A stretch of DNA of 64,000 nucleotides from Minisyncoccota bacterium (GCA_035491955.1 DATJJU010000015.1:30440-94439); one strand, 5' to 3'. Counted from the first letter of the stretch, positions 48,464 to 58,421 are shown. A program made the numbers and translations. The notes: generated by a model from the sequence alone, not told the origin.

Positions 48464-48536
48464 GCTCAGGTAGCTCAGTTGGTAGAGCGCTCCCCTGAAG
48501 AGGGATAGGTCACCAGTTCGACCCTGGTCCTGAGCA
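48464..48536 (+). tRNA. tRNA-Phe (anticodon GAA)
   Basis: GCTCAGGTAGCTCAGTTGGTAGAGCGCTCCCCTGAAGAGGGATAGGTCACCAGTTCGACCCTGGTCCTGAGCA. An 11-bp palindrome CACAGAAATAT-aa-ATATTTCTGTG lies immediately upstream (48427-48450). Confidence 0.85.
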
Positions 48537-48560
48537 CAGAAGAATCAGAGTAAAATACAC

Positions 48561-48592
48561 AAAAGGGCGCGCCGTCGGCGCGCCCTTTTGTG
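48561..48592. terminator. bidirectional terminator AAAAGGGCGCGCC-gtc-GGCGCGCCCTTTT
   Basis: A GC-rich 13-bp stem between tRNA-Phe (+) and hsp20 (-). Confidence 0.75.
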
Positions 48593-48612
48593 TTAAATAC
48601 TCAGTGTTTAAC

Positions 48613-49176
48613 CTATATGGACTTGATCTTGAGAGCGGCTTTGCGGCCTTTGTCGAGCTTAGGAAGCTTGATCATGAGGAGCCCGTGGCGTTCGATCGCC
48701 TCGGCATTATCGATGTCTACTTCGATAGGAAGATTGATGACACGTTCAAATGAACCCCAGTAGAGTTCCTGAACATGGTAGCTGTCTTGAGAGATAGCCT
48801 TGTTTTCTTCGCGCTTGCCAGAGATGGCAATAACATCGCGAGTAATATCGATCTTAAGGTGCTCAGGGAGTACGCCCGCTATAAGTGTCTGAATGATAAC
48901 TTCATGAGGGGTCTCGTACACATCGACAGGGAGTTGTCCGATTTCTTCCTCCTCTTGTAAATGTATAGCAGCAGGACCTTCCTCGTCTTCATCCTCTTCT
49001 TCACGCAAAAAGTTACTTACAGGCAACTCGCGTCGCTTCTCAGGTTCAGGTGCGCGTTCTGTTAAAACGGCTTTGCGCACAGGACGCACGTCTTCTACTT
49101 GCTCGTCCATCTCATCTTCAACGTCATTGAAGCGGAGATTGCCGGCTAGTCGTTCAAAAAATGATCTCTTTTTCAT
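48613..49176 (-). CDS. Hsp20/alpha-crystallin family small heat-shock protein
   Basis: An ACD domain 'VDVYETPHEVIIQTLIAGV...ISGKREEN...GSFERVINLP', with an acidic N-terminal extension. Confidence 0.85.
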   Translation of the reverse strand: MKKRSFFERLAGNLRFNDVEDEMDEQVEDVRPVRKAVLTERAPEPEKRRELPVSNFLREEEDEDEEGPAAIHLQEEEEIGQLPVDVYETPHEVIIQTLIAGVLPEHLKIDITRDVIAISGKREENKAISQDSYHVQELYWGSFERVINLPIEVDIDNAEAIERHGLLMIKLPKLDKGRKAALKIKSI

Positions 49177-49883
49177 GTTGTTTTCAGAATTTCAGCTTGC
49201 TGCATAGGTATGCGTCGAAGCTTTTCAAGAATTATGTGACTAATAATAGCGGCGATCCACAAAAAGCCGTATATCTGGAGCATGCTTGCGGTATCGTTGT
49301 TAAGTATAAAGAAGTTAAACGTTGCATGCAAGAAAATTGCGCCTGCAATACCGACAATAATTGCAAAACCGCGAATAGATTTTGGAAGTATGCTGATACT
49401 AATGCCGATAAAACAGCTTGCAATGGTGTGGAGTAAGGTAGAACCGAAGAATCGCAAGCCTCCTGTCAGTACAATAGCAGTAACATTGCCAACAAGATTC
49501 GGTTGGAAGACATAAAAAATATTTTCTAATGCTGCAAAGCCGAGTGCTACAGCAATAAGGTAGATCGGAGGTTCAATCGGCTTATCATCAAATGCGCTTT
49601 TGTATGCCACGAAATAAAATACGCCAAATTTCACAATCTCTTCTACCGCTGCCCAGGCAATGACCTGATTGTGAGGGTCGGTAATGAGGCCTTTTAAGGA
49701 TTGCTGAACGAATGTTGCTACCAATACGCCTGCTCCCCCTAAAACAAAACATGTTAAAAGCAATCCGAAGGGTTCAGGATGTTCTTTATCAACGTTTAGC
49801 CAAAATAGTAGCCAAATAATAGAAGGAATAAATCCTACCAAGAGGGGAATAAGTAGTGAAGAATTGGCTAGTTGATTGGCCAT
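49173..49883 (-). CDS. polytopic membrane protein, PrsW/CPBP-like intramembrane metalloprotease
   Basis: Seven TM helices with motifs 'VEEIVKFG', 'FAALENIFY', 'FLHATFN' (EExxK / HxxxN-like). Confidence 0.45.
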   Translation of the reverse strand: MANQLANSSLLIPLLVGFIPSIIWLLFWLNVDKEHPEPFGLLLTCFVLGGAGVLVATFVQQSLKGLITDPHNQVIAWAAVEEIVKFGVFYFVAYKSAFDDKPIEPPIYLIAVALGFAALENIFYVFQPNLVGNVTAIVLTGGLRFFGSTLLHTIASCFIGISISILPKSIRGFAIIVGIAGAIFLHATFNFFILNNDTASMLQIYGFLWIAAIISHIILEKLRRIPMQQAEILKTT

Positions 49884-52060
49884 ACTTCCGTCATCAATAA
49901 ATTATCTTTGCCCAATAATTGCCAGATAGCTTCGGTTACGAATGGCATGAAGGGGTGGAGAACGGTAAGATTTTCACAGAGAATAGTAAACAGTAATTTC
50001 TGGCGCGATTGTTTAACAGCTATATCTTCACTTGCCAGCAACGGCTTACTTTCTTCCAGGATCTTATCAGCAAAAGTGGTCCAGATGTATTGGTAAATAT
50101 CTTCTGCAGCAACATGAAGACGATATGCATCGATATCGGCAGTGATTTTCTTTGCAGTTTCGTGCCACTGTGCAGCAATAACAGTATCATCAGGAGTAAA
50201 TGCTGCATTCACTGATGTGCTGTCGAAGTTGCTTAGGACGAAGCGAGTAATATTCCAAATTTTGTTTGCAAAATGTTTCTGTCCCTTGATCTTCTCTTCG
50301 GAAATCTTGCTATCAGTTCCTGGTGCTGTGCCAATGATGAGCGCCATACGTCCTGCATCTGCTCCGTATTTTGCTGCAATATCAAGAGGGTCCATAGCAT
50401 TGCCAAGAGACTTGGACATTTTTTTGCCCTGCGCATCTCGCACTAAGCCATGGAGGTATACTTTTTTGAAAGGAATATCGCCGAGAGTGTATCCTGTCAT
50501 CAATATCATGCGGGCAATCCAGAAGAATAAAATATCGTACCCAGTCTCGAGAACGCTCGTCGGGTGATATATTTTTAGATCTTCAGTCTGTTCCGGCCAG
50601 CCCATGGTTGAGAAGGTCCATAGTCCTGATGAGAACCATGTATCCAATGTATCTTCATCCTGTGTCCATCCTGCGCCTTCTGGTGCCTCAATACCGCAAT
50701 AGATTTCATTTTCCTTGTACCAGACAGGGATGCGATGCCCATACCAAATCTGACGGCTAATACACCAATCTCGAAGATTATCGATCCAGTGAAAATAGGT
50801 CTTGCTGAAATAGTCAGGAATAATATCTATTTGCCCGGTACCAACAGTAGTACGCATGATTTCCTTTAATGTGGTTTGTGAGCCTGATGCAATATCGTTA
50901 ATATTGGAATCGGCAAGCGTGAATGGCTTATTAACGTCAATAAACCATTGCAATTTTGGCAAAGGTTCAATAATGCCGCTAGTACGTTCGGCGGTTGCAA
51001 CGTTTTGATCAATAGCTTCTTCTTTTTCGACCAAGCCCTCTTCTTTCAGCCAGTTCACGATTATGTCGCGAGCTTCAGCAACTTTTTTACCCATGAGGCG
51101 CTCATCGCCAACCATCATCTTGGCATATTCATTAATAACCTGTGGACGAGGGAGATCGTGACGATCAGCAATTTCCCAGTCGATCATAGAGTGCGCAGGA
51201 GTGACGCCAAGTGCTCCAGTACCAAATTCTTTTTCCACTGCTTCATCAGCAATAATTTTTATATGAATAGGAACACCGCAGAATACGACATCGTATTCTT
51301 TGCCAACATATTCCTTGTATCGTTCATCATCAGGATGCACTGCTACGGCCACATCACCGACTTTTGTTTCCGGGCGAGTAGTAGAAATAGCGATAGGGAA
51401 ACCTTTCGAGTATTTAAATGTGTACAATGTTGCTTTGCGAGCTTCATATACTATTTCATCATCTGAAATAGTAGTCTGACCCTTCGGGTCCCAGTTGATG
51501 ATTTTGTTCGATCGATAGATCAATCCGTCATCGTACATTTTTTTGAAAACAGTACGAACAGCCAGGGTGCGCTTTTCATCCAAGGTGAATGCTTCGCGGC
51601 TCCAGTCCAATGATGCCCCCATGACTTTCATTTGGTTTACGATAGTGTCGTGACTATCCTGTGCAAATGCGTTTACACGATTGAGCATTTCTTCTCGTCC
51701 AAGATCATGACGGCTTTTGCCTTCGGCTTTTTGGACCTCTTTTTCAACTTTTGATTGTGTAGCGATAGCAGCATGGTCGGTGCCGGGAAGCCAGAGCGTG
51801 CGAAAACCGCGCATGCGCTTATGGCGAATGAGAATATCTTGGACAGTCAGCATCATGGCGTGGCCCATGTGAAGGATACCAGTAACGTTGGGCGGGGGAA
51901 GGATAATAGTAAAAGGCTCAGCATCAGCTTTTGTCAGACCGTCCTTAATCATATTTTCAGGAGTGAAATATCCTGACTCCTCCCATTTCTTATATATAAG
52001 ATTTTCCTCTTCAACAGGGTTATAGGGCTTCAAAAGCTTTTCAGGGATTTCTGAATTCAT
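49868..52060 (-). CDS. valS: valyl-tRNA synthetase (compact, no C-terminal coiled coil)
   Basis: 'PPPNVTGILHMGHA' HIGH-type, 'GTDHAAIATQ', 'KMSKSLGN'. 730 aa. Its 3' end overlaps the downstream gene by 16 nt. Confidence 0.93.
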   Translation of the reverse strand: MNSEIPEKLLKPYNPVEEENLIYKKWEESGYFTPENMIKDGLTKADAEPFTIILPPPNVTGILHMGHAMMLTVQDILIRHKRMRGFRTLWLPGTDHAAIATQSKVEKEVQKAEGKSRHDLGREEMLNRVNAFAQDSHDTIVNQMKVMGASLDWSREAFTLDEKRTLAVRTVFKKMYDDGLIYRSNKIINWDPKGQTTISDDEIVYEARKATLYTFKYSKGFPIAISTTRPETKVGDVAVAVHPDDERYKEYVGKEYDVVFCGVPIHIKIIADEAVEKEFGTGALGVTPAHSMIDWEIADRHDLPRPQVINEYAKMMVGDERLMGKKVAEARDIIVNWLKEEGLVEKEEAIDQNVATAERTSGIIEPLPKLQWFIDVNKPFTLADSNINDIASGSQTTLKEIMRTTVGTGQIDIIPDYFSKTYFHWIDNLRDWCISRQIWYGHRIPVWYKENEIYCGIEAPEGAGWTQDEDTLDTWFSSGLWTFSTMGWPEQTEDLKIYHPTSVLETGYDILFFWIARMILMTGYTLGDIPFKKVYLHGLVRDAQGKKMSKSLGNAMDPLDIAAKYGADAGRMALIIGTAPGTDSKISEEKIKGQKHFANKIWNITRFVLSNFDSTSVNAAFTPDDTVIAAQWHETAKKITADIDAYRLHVAAEDIYQYIWTTFADKILEESKPLLASEDIAVKQSRQKLLFTILCENLTVLHPFMPFVTEAIWQLLGKDNLLMTEVWPIN

Positions 52061-52099
52061 AACAAAATAATACCAATTTGTAAGGGATTTTGGTAGTTA

Positions 52100-52127
52100 T
52101 TGACGTTTTAATTAAAAATGATATAAA
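52100..52127 (+). promoter_or_regulatory. TTGACG-N16-TATAAA promoter in the valS/52221 divergent region
   Basis: Read directly. Confidence 0.4.
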
Positions 52128-52220
52128 TTCAGACAAATAGGGTGAATAGAGAAACTCCCATATGCCGCTAAGGAAAAAAATGATCTCGGATTCGCACGGT
52201 GCGATTAAACCTTTAAAAAA

Positions 52221-52724
52221 ATGAATAGCATAACTAAAATCGGCAAAATTGCCCTTTTAAAAATCTATGAAAAGAAACCATGGTCTTCTGGAGGAAAGAA
52301 ATACACTACCACAGTTATATTTTCTACGAAGCCAATTGACTTAACAACAAAAGAGGATGAGTATAGAGAGCCGAATGTAATCGGTTTCATACACTGTGAA
52401 GCATGGTCAATTGCACTGGGACAGATTTCAGTAGGGTGTAGAGACAATCAGACTCTACTGAGAGGAATGGTTAAGAAACTATTGAGCTTGAAAAAACCAA
52501 GCGCACCTTCTCATTACATAATCCGAAAAACAATTGAAATAAGTAAAACCGAGTACAACTTTGTGGTAACAATATTTCGCCTCACAAGAGAACAGGAAGA
52601 TGAAATATATTACGACTATCTGACACCTGCAGCGCAGAAAAAAGAAAAAGCTTTAAACTATGAAAGAGTAGAAAAAGTAAAACGTCTTCAAGGAGAAATA
52701 AAAGAAATTAAAGAGCAAATGTGA
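52221..52724 (+). CDS. hypothetical protein (possibly OB-fold/DUF3127-like N-terminus, Lys/Glu-rich C-terminus)
   Basis: 167-aa ORF with no family I recognise with certainty. Confidence 0.35.
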   Translation: MNSITKIGKIALLKIYEKKPWSSGGKKYTTTVIFSTKPIDLTTKEDEYREPNVIGFIHCEAWSIALGQISVGCRDNQTLLRGMVKKLLSLKKPSAPSHYIIRKTIEISKTEYNFVVTIFRLTREQEDEIYYDYLTPAAQKKEKALNYERVEKVKRLQGEIKEIKEQM

Positions 52725-52762
52725 ATAGTTCCCCAAATAACCCCCAATTAGTTTGCGGGGTT

Positions 52763-54064
52763 TTATTCTGTCTCAATCGAAAGGTTGCCGTTGGCTTTGA
52801 GATCGGAGGCGGGAGTGGTGGAAATAGTGCCGGTCATGCCGCGAGCAAACGCAGCGAGGCCGATCATGACAGCGTTATCGGTAGCGAGCCATGGTTCAGG
52901 AAATAGCACGGTAACACCAGAGAGTTTATTTTGCACTGCAAGAGAGAGCTGTTCGCGAAGAAATGAATTGCCTGCGACGCCTCCGCCAACGACGATAGTC
53001 TGAATATGAAATTCTTCGGCAGCGCGAAGTGTCTTCTTTATAATGACATCCACAACAGCATCTTCGAAGGCGCAAGCTAATGCCATTTTTTCATCATCAG
53101 TAACTTCGTGGCCGAGATCGCGAATGGTATAGAGCATCGCTGTTTTAATTCCGGAAAATGAGAAGTCATAATCACCTGAATGAATCATTGGACGAGGCAT
53201 TTCAAATTGCTGAGATTTTCCTGTTGTTCTGAATTCCTTTGCTAGTCTTGAAACAGCTGGTCCTCCTGGATATGGCAATCCAAGCATGCGCGCTACTTTA
53301 TCAAATGCTTCGCCAACGGCGTCGTCGCGAGTCTGCCCGATTTTTTTATAGTCACCGTAACTATCAGTAAGAACTAATTCGGTGTGCCCGCCTGAAACGA
53401 GCAATGCAAGGAGAGGGAATTGTAGTTCACGGAATTCGTATGTTTTTTGAATTTCCGACGCAGACGGAACAATATTCCCATTTTTCTGATCCTCCCGTGC
53501 AGTCCGCTGGGAGGTGCTGCCAGCAGACAAATGGGAATGTTGTGCAGTCTGGAAGGAGGAAATACCATTTTTTTCTACGACTGCAGCCGTTACTACATGT
53601 CCCTCCATATGATTAACAGCAATAATCGGAATACCCCACACAGCATTAAGAACTTTTGCAGCATTAATGCCTACCCATAATGCCGGCTCAAGACCTGGAC
53701 CTACTGTTACAGCGATGTAGTCGATATCAGGTTTTTCGTATGTATTAAAAAGATCGACAAAATCGTTTACCATTTCGTCTTCACGGGTGCAGATAGAGAG
53801 AATAGTCTCTCGCGCATCTGTACCAGATGCGCTGAGGGTAGTACCAAGCAACCCAGCCTGTCCCAAAGCCTCCTTCATAAGAGCCACAATCTTCTGTGCA
53901 TGCGCCCGTTTAGCCATAGCAGGGAAGACACCTCCATACTGGGCGTGGAGCTCTATCTGAGAAGCCAAAGCGTTGCCAAGAAGGGCAATAGCACCCTGAT
54001 CGGTATCTGCCAAGACGGCAATACCAGTCTCATCGCAGCTGGTTTCTATACTAAGAATTTTCAT
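52763..54064 (-). CDS. tsaD: tRNA N6-adenosine threonylcarbamoyltransferase TsaD (Kae1/YgjD) with a ~50-aa low-complexity insertion
   Basis: 'MKILSIETSCDETGIAVL', 'HMEGH', 'SGGHTEL', 'GGVAGN'. The insert 'QTAQHSHLSAGSTSQRTAREDQKNGNIVPSASEIQ' lies between the HxEGH and GGHT blocks. Confidence 0.88.
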   Translation of the reverse strand: MKILSIETSCDETGIAVLADTDQGAIALLGNALASQIELHAQYGGVFPAMAKRAHAQKIVALMKEALGQAGLLGTTLSASGTDARETILSICTREDEMVNDFVDLFNTYEKPDIDYIAVTVGPGLEPALWVGINAAKVLNAVWGIPIIAVNHMEGHVVTAAVVEKNGISSFQTAQHSHLSAGSTSQRTAREDQKNGNIVPSASEIQKTYEFRELQFPLLALLVSGGHTELVLTDSYGDYKKIGQTRDDAVGEAFDKVARMLGLPYPGGPAVSRLAKEFRTTGKSQQFEMPRPMIHSGDYDFSFSGIKTAMLYTIRDLGHEVTDDEKMALACAFEDAVVDVIIKKTLRAAEEFHIQTIVVGGGVAGNSFLREQLSLAVQNKLSGVTVLFPEPWLATDNAVMIGLAAFARGMTGTISTTPASDLKANGNLSIETE

Positions 54065-54136
54065 GGTCTAATGATAGCACATATTGACCAAGTGTAAAAT
54101 TGTGTTATTATATTAAAAAATTAATTTAATAAAACT

Positions 54137-54370
54137 ATGAGTACACAATTAGAATCATCGCCTGAATTGGAAAACATCTTAGCGCATATGGAAACAGATA
54201 AGCATTCCATCGCACCGTATCTCAATGGGTATGTTATTGCTCCAAACAGTAAAAAAGCTAAAAAAGCCGCCACGCTTAAACCAGAATCAAGACGCTCTAT
54301 TGCTGGGCATTCCGGCCACATTTTTGTCGAAAAGTCTGATTGGGAAAAAGTAAAAGATGTTCGAGTTTAA
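54137..54370 (+). CDS. hypothetical small protein (77 aa)
   Basis: ORF followed by a terminator at 54392-54420. Confidence 0.3.
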   Translation: MSTQLESSPELENILAHMETDKHSIAPYLNGYVIAPNSKKAKKAATLKPESRRSIAGHSGHIFVEKSDWEKVKDVRV

Positions 54371-54391
54371 AATTAAACTTAAACTAAAATG

Positions 54392-54420
54392 GTCCCCTTT
54401 ACCAAAAGGGGACTTTTTTC
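54392..54420 (+). terminator. intrinsic terminator
   Basis: GTCCCCTTT-acc-AAAAGGGGAC followed by TTTTTT. Confidence 0.7.
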
Positions 54421-54468
54421 TTGCCAAATTCTGAAATCGTGGTAATGTTTTGAAAAATTAACAACCAG

Positions 54469-55089
54469 ATGGAAAACAACAAACTCGCCCTTCACGGCCT
54501 GGCTGGGACTGGCAAGTCTCACACCGTTACAAATCTATTGGGGTATCATAAGGATCATACGCATTATTCCACAGGCGATACTGCTCGAGAGATTGCTAGG
54601 TGCCACGGCATGACAGTTGATGTCTATATGGTATACGCAAGAGATAACGGCATACCAATCGATAAAATATTGGATGATTCGCTCTGCGCGCTTAATGACA
54701 ATCCGACTCCTCATATTATTGATTCTCGTTTAGGGTTTTTCTTTCTCAAGCATGCCTACAAGGTGTATCTATTTGGAGAGCCGAGAGTGCTCGCCAAACG
54801 ACGTTGGAAGCAGTTACGAAAAGAAAACTATAAAGAGCATAAGCATCTTACTATTGCTGAAACTGAAAAGAAGATGGCAGAGAGGAATAAAAACGATATT
54901 ACAAAGTATCGGACCTTATACGGAGTAACCTGCAATGATTTCGTACACTACGATCTGATCATAGACACCACCAATCTTACTGTCGAACAGGTAACAACAA
55001 TCATTGATAGTAACTATTCGGCCTGGTGCAAAGGAGAAGCTCCTCGTCGCGCATTATATAAAAGAGTTGCTGATCCGGAATTCATATAA
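54469..55089 (+). CDS. cytidylate kinase-like (family 2) P-loop NMP kinase
   Basis: 'HGLAGTGKSH' P-loop and 'HYDLIIDTTNLTVEQV', characteristic of the cytidylate_kin2 family. Confidence 0.5.
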   Translation: MENNKLALHGLAGTGKSHTVTNLLGYHKDHTHYSTGDTAREIARCHGMTVDVYMVYARDNGIPIDKILDDSLCALNDNPTPHIIDSRLGFFFLKHAYKVYLFGEPRVLAKRRWKQLRKENYKEHKHLTIAETEKKMAERNKNDITKYRTLYGVTCNDFVHYDLIIDTTNLTVEQVTTIIDSNYSAWCKGEAPRRALYKRVADPEFI

Positions 55090-55147
55090 GTAAGTTGTTT
55101 TTTTGTTTTTTAAAATCCCCAGACGCAGATTGCGGTGGGGATTTTTT

Positions 55148-55753
55148 TTATCGCATGAGATAATCTCTTATCTTGCCGACAGTTTCGTAGAAGTGGCCAT
55201 TAAGATTTTCGAAGTGTCCTTCAGGCGGTACAAGCTCTATGCATTTTTTGATATTCATCTGCCAGGGTTCGGGCTGGTCGTATTCTTCTGCTTCATACAT
55301 CAGGAACTGTCTGTAGCTCTGAGGGGTTTTGAAGTCTTGAGGACGAGCAACCATTCTTCGATAGCGAACTTTTTTTGGTGCATCAATAGCTATTGGTTTG
55401 AAAACTGCATGAGGATATTTTTCGCGCAATTCTTGCAGATACATAAGTTCGCCAGGGCAGCGGATTGATTCAAGGATGTATACTCCCGGAATATTCTTCC
55501 AAAGAATATCGCTGTAGACTTTTTTTACCAACCATTCTGGCCCTTGGTCTTTTCGAATTTCATTGGCAAATTCTCCAAGTTCTGTTTGGCTGAGTGGCTC
55601 TCTTTGGTAGTCAGTGTAGAACAATCCTGTCAAAACCTCTCTGGCAGAAACAGACTTCATGCCAAGCTGTTTGCCGAGCTCAAGAGCAATGCTTGATTTG
55701 CCGGCTGCATTAGTGGCTGTAATGGGGGCGATTATTATACTGTCTTTTTTCAT
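55148..55753 (-). CDS. P-loop deoxynucleoside/nucleotide kinase-like protein
   Basis: 'APITATNAAGKSSIALEL' Walker A. An 'ILESIR' ERS-like motif and an Arg-rich lid 'KKVRYRRMVARPQD' resemble the dNK/dNMP kinase family. Confidence 0.45.
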   Translation of the reverse strand: MKKDSIIIAPITATNAAGKSSIALELGKQLGMKSVSAREVLTGLFYTDYQREPLSQTELGEFANEIRKDQGPEWLVKKVYSDILWKNIPGVYILESIRCPGELMYLQELREKYPHAVFKPIAIDAPKKVRYRRMVARPQDFKTPQSYRQFLMYEAEEYDQPEPWQMNIKKCIELVPPEGHFENLNGHFYETVGKIRDYLMR

Positions 55754-56263
55754 TGTCTCAGGTTTTTGCTTATTTTGCTTTTTTCAGGCAAAAAGTCAAT
55801 TTTGCACTTCACACAAAAATTCTGCTATATTCAATAAAACAAAGAACAAAATAATTATGGAGAAGAAAGTGAAGCAAAATCCATCGGACGAGGTACCAAA
55901 TGGATATGAAGAGATGACATATCTTAAGGAAGAAGGGGACTCATTTCCAATTTTTGAGCCTGCTATTAAAAATGAAAGAAACATACAAGAGTTGGTTAAA
56001 TTTGAACCAACACACTAATTAAGATATAAGGCACTCCCTGCGGGGCGCCTTTTTGTTTACAATCAGGTGTTATTGAACCTCAAGGGTCAGACACTATTGA
56101 CAAATATAAAAAACAGTTTATTATTTTAATATTCCGAAAATGGAATTATAGGGTGAAGAAATACATCCTCAATGGCGAGTTGCAACAAAAATCCGCTTGT
56201 TCCTGTGGCGGTTACTAGGAATAGTCCCGTATGGTGCTGGGACGATAAAATGCACATACAGTA

Positions 56264-57211
56264 ATGAAAATCTTATTTGTTCTTTTAGAAGAAAGCTTTA
56301 CTGACTGGCAGGTAGCAGTTCTTATCGCAGTATTTCTAATTGCTATATTTTGTATTTACAAAATATTCTTTAGCAAAGATAAAAAAGAAGATTCTACACC
56401 CTCTGATCTCGCTCTGTATTTAGCAGATGAAACGGGATGGGATGATGGTGAAAATAAGACTTCGGAACAAAAGCAGGAAGAAGTAAAAGAAACTATTCCA
56501 GAGCCGGATGAATACGTTGTAGATGAAAACGATGCGAATCTATTTCACAACAAACGCTACAGCGACTTCAGTCTTAGAATGGTTTTTGCAATATCTACTG
56601 TCAATAAAAAGGATGTGATGATATTGACTTCCTCATTACCTTTACAGTTCAACAAGAGTACCTTCAATATTGAAAAAAAGGAGTTACTCGCGACCATTCC
56701 TCAAATTGTTAATGTAACTAAGAGCGAAGATCACGGTATTGCTCTTCAAAAATCGCCCGCAAGTAAATGGGACGATATCAAGGATGCTATCCTTAGATTT
56801 TTCTTTATTCATATGCATCATGTATATGCGTGGAAATTTGAAAAGCAAATCGTACTCATTTCGACGGTTCCAAATCCCGATATGCTTAATTTTGAGATGC
56901 GTCTCGAAACGAAGTATCATCTTGAACTTGGCCGAAAGCTTTGCGCTATAAAAGGGATGGGTGGAAGCAGTAGTTTGCATGATGGACTTCCTATATGTAT
57001 GGATCATGATAAGCATTATGATTTTGGATTAGGAAAAGCAACGGCATATACCTGGAAAGAATTGCTTCCTAAAATTAAAAAGGTCTTTGAAGATTACTTT
57101 CCTGCAGGGGTTGAATTTAAAAGTGCTCCAAGTCAATACTCGGACGAAGATTTTCAGAGGATTCATCGTTCTCGTCATCACGACGATTTCTTTATGGAAT
57201 CACTTCGATAA
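56264..57211 (+). CDS. hypothetical membrane-anchored protein (N-terminal TM; His/Cys-containing C-terminal region)
   Basis: 315 aa. 'CMDHDKHYDF', 'HRSRHHDD'. Confidence 0.4.
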   Translation: MKILFVLLEESFTDWQVAVLIAVFLIAIFCIYKIFFSKDKKEDSTPSDLALYLADETGWDDGENKTSEQKQEEVKETIPEPDEYVVDENDANLFHNKRYSDFSLRMVFAISTVNKKDVMILTSSLPLQFNKSTFNIEKKELLATIPQIVNVTKSEDHGIALQKSPASKWDDIKDAILRFFFIHMHHVYAWKFEKQIVLISTVPNPDMLNFEMRLETKYHLELGRKLCAIKGMGGSSSLHDGLPICMDHDKHYDFGLGKATAYTWKELLPKIKKVFEDYFPAGVEFKSAPSQYSDEDFQRIHRSRHHDDFFMESLR

Positions 57212-57333
57212 ATCTAATTATTTAAATATGGCCATCTCTTTTATAAGAGATGGCTTTTTATTTTGAACAATAGGGTCAGGCACCATTGACTTTTATTGAT
57301 AATAAGGCAATATGATGGAAACTCATTTAAATT

Positions 57334-57786
57334 ATGGAACAAAAAGAAATAACTTTGAGATGCCTGCTTATGCCGGCTCAGACTCTCCACCTTTCTTTTT
57401 CACAAGAAAAGATCGACCCCGAACAAGATCGTTTTCAGGCAAAAAATCACCTTATGACTCAGTCTTGTTTTTTAAGAATTCTACCGTTCACAAAAGAGTC
57501 TGCATTTCAGATTGAACAGAAATGGATGAAAACGATATTCGAAGAAGGTCTCAAATGTCCAACATTCGGATACAATCTCTATGACTACATTTGGATATCA
57601 CCTGCGGCGAAGCAACAATATGGAAACCTTATGTTCCATTACAATGAAGCTGGGGGAATATTCCTTTCCCTTGTAGGGGAACTACTCCGTCGTCAGCAGA
57701 AAAATGGATTGATCGATGCTGCCGAAAACTCTGCCTGGTTTCTCGAAAACTATTCATCACTTCTACCGAAACAGGAAAGTGTTTGA
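57334..57786 (+). CDS. hypothetical protein
   Basis: 150-aa ORF. Confidence 0.35.
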   Translation: MEQKEITLRCLLMPAQTLHLSFSQEKIDPEQDRFQAKNHLMTQSCFLRILPFTKESAFQIEQKWMKTIFEEGLKCPTFGYNLYDYIWISPAAKQQYGNLMFHYNEAGGIFLSLVGELLRRQQKNGLIDAAENSAWFLENYSSLLPKQESV

Positions 57787-57826
57787 AGAAATTGAACTGA
57801 GGAATATAAAATTAAATCATTAAAAG

Positions 57827-58204
57827 ATGGGAAAGGTACTAGTAATTGCAATCGTTCTATTTTTTGTGATAAAGGAAATCCTTATTAGAAAAAGTAACAA
57901 GTTGGCAAAAGAGAATCTCGAGTTAAGAAGTGAGCTTCTACTAAAAGAAGCTAAATTAGAATTAGAGCACGAAGCAGGTGAAGATCCTTTCGAATTATTA
58001 TTAAAGGATCTCGAAGACAAGAATTTCACCAAAACTCAAAGTTCTGATTTTATTCAGAAGACACATGCAAAGATATTAAAGGCTATCGACTTAACACAAA
58101 GACTTTTAAAAATCTACAAAAAGGAGAAAAACATTTCTGGTATAGAAGAAGAAACTATGTATCTGAACCGATTACTGGAAATAAAGAAAAATCTTGAATC
58201 TTAA
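57827..58204 (+). CDS. hypothetical TM + coiled-coil protein
   Basis: An N-terminal TM helix with a Leu/Glu/Lys heptad-like remainder. A terminator lies at 58227-58262. Confidence 0.4.
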   Translation: MGKVLVIAIVLFFVIKEILIRKSNKLAKENLELRSELLLKEAKLELEHEAGEDPFELLLKDLEDKNFTKTQSSDFIQKTHAKILKAIDLTQRLLKIYKKEKNISGIEEETMYLNRLLEIKKNLES

Positions 58205-58226
58205 TAGCGACGCCTTTGCTATTATG

Positions 58227-58262
58227 ACCCTTACATTTTTATGATGTAAGGGTTTTTATTTT
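58227..58262 (+). terminator. intrinsic terminator
   Basis: ACCCTTACAT-ttttatg-ATGTAAGGGT followed by TTTTATTTT. Confidence 0.7.
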
Positions 58263-58276
58263 ATCAAAATATTCTT

Positions 58277-58352
58277 GGTGCGCGATACAGGAATCGAACC
58301 TGTGACCTCAGCAATGTCAATGCTGCGCTCTAACCATCTGAGCTAACCGCGC
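58277..58352 (-). tRNA. tRNA-Val (anticodon GAC), CCA encoded
   Basis: Minus-strand read GCGCGGTTAGCTCAGATGGTTAGAGCGCAGCATTGACATTGCTGAGGTCACAGGTTCGATTCCTGTATCGCGCACCA. Confidence 0.85.
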
Positions 58353-58391
58353 GAACGGTTGGTACCAGGCAAGACCTAGTACGGCAATCAG

Positions 58392-58421
58392 TTTGACAAA
58401 AAAAGTTGATTTAGGCAAACT
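58392..58421 (+). promoter_or_regulatory. conserved 30-nt upstream motif TTTGACAAAAAAaGttgATTTAGGCAaACT (copy 1)
   Basis: Near-identical to the copy at 59012-59041. It contains a perfect -35 TTGACA. Confidence 0.45.

Noticed and set aside
50948-51466. 172-aa plus ORF inside valS
   Set aside because: It is antisense to the conserved ValRS catalytic core.
52785-53680. Plus-strand ORFs inside tsaD
   Set aside because: They are antisense to the conserved TsaD frame.
55103-56018. ORFs 55103..55468(+) and 55659..56018(+)
   Set aside because: The first is antisense to the P-loop kinase gene. The second begins inside that gene on the other strand. Only its 3' third (from ATG ~55857, 53 aa) could be a real small ORF, and I did not feature it for lack of an RBS or conservation evidence.
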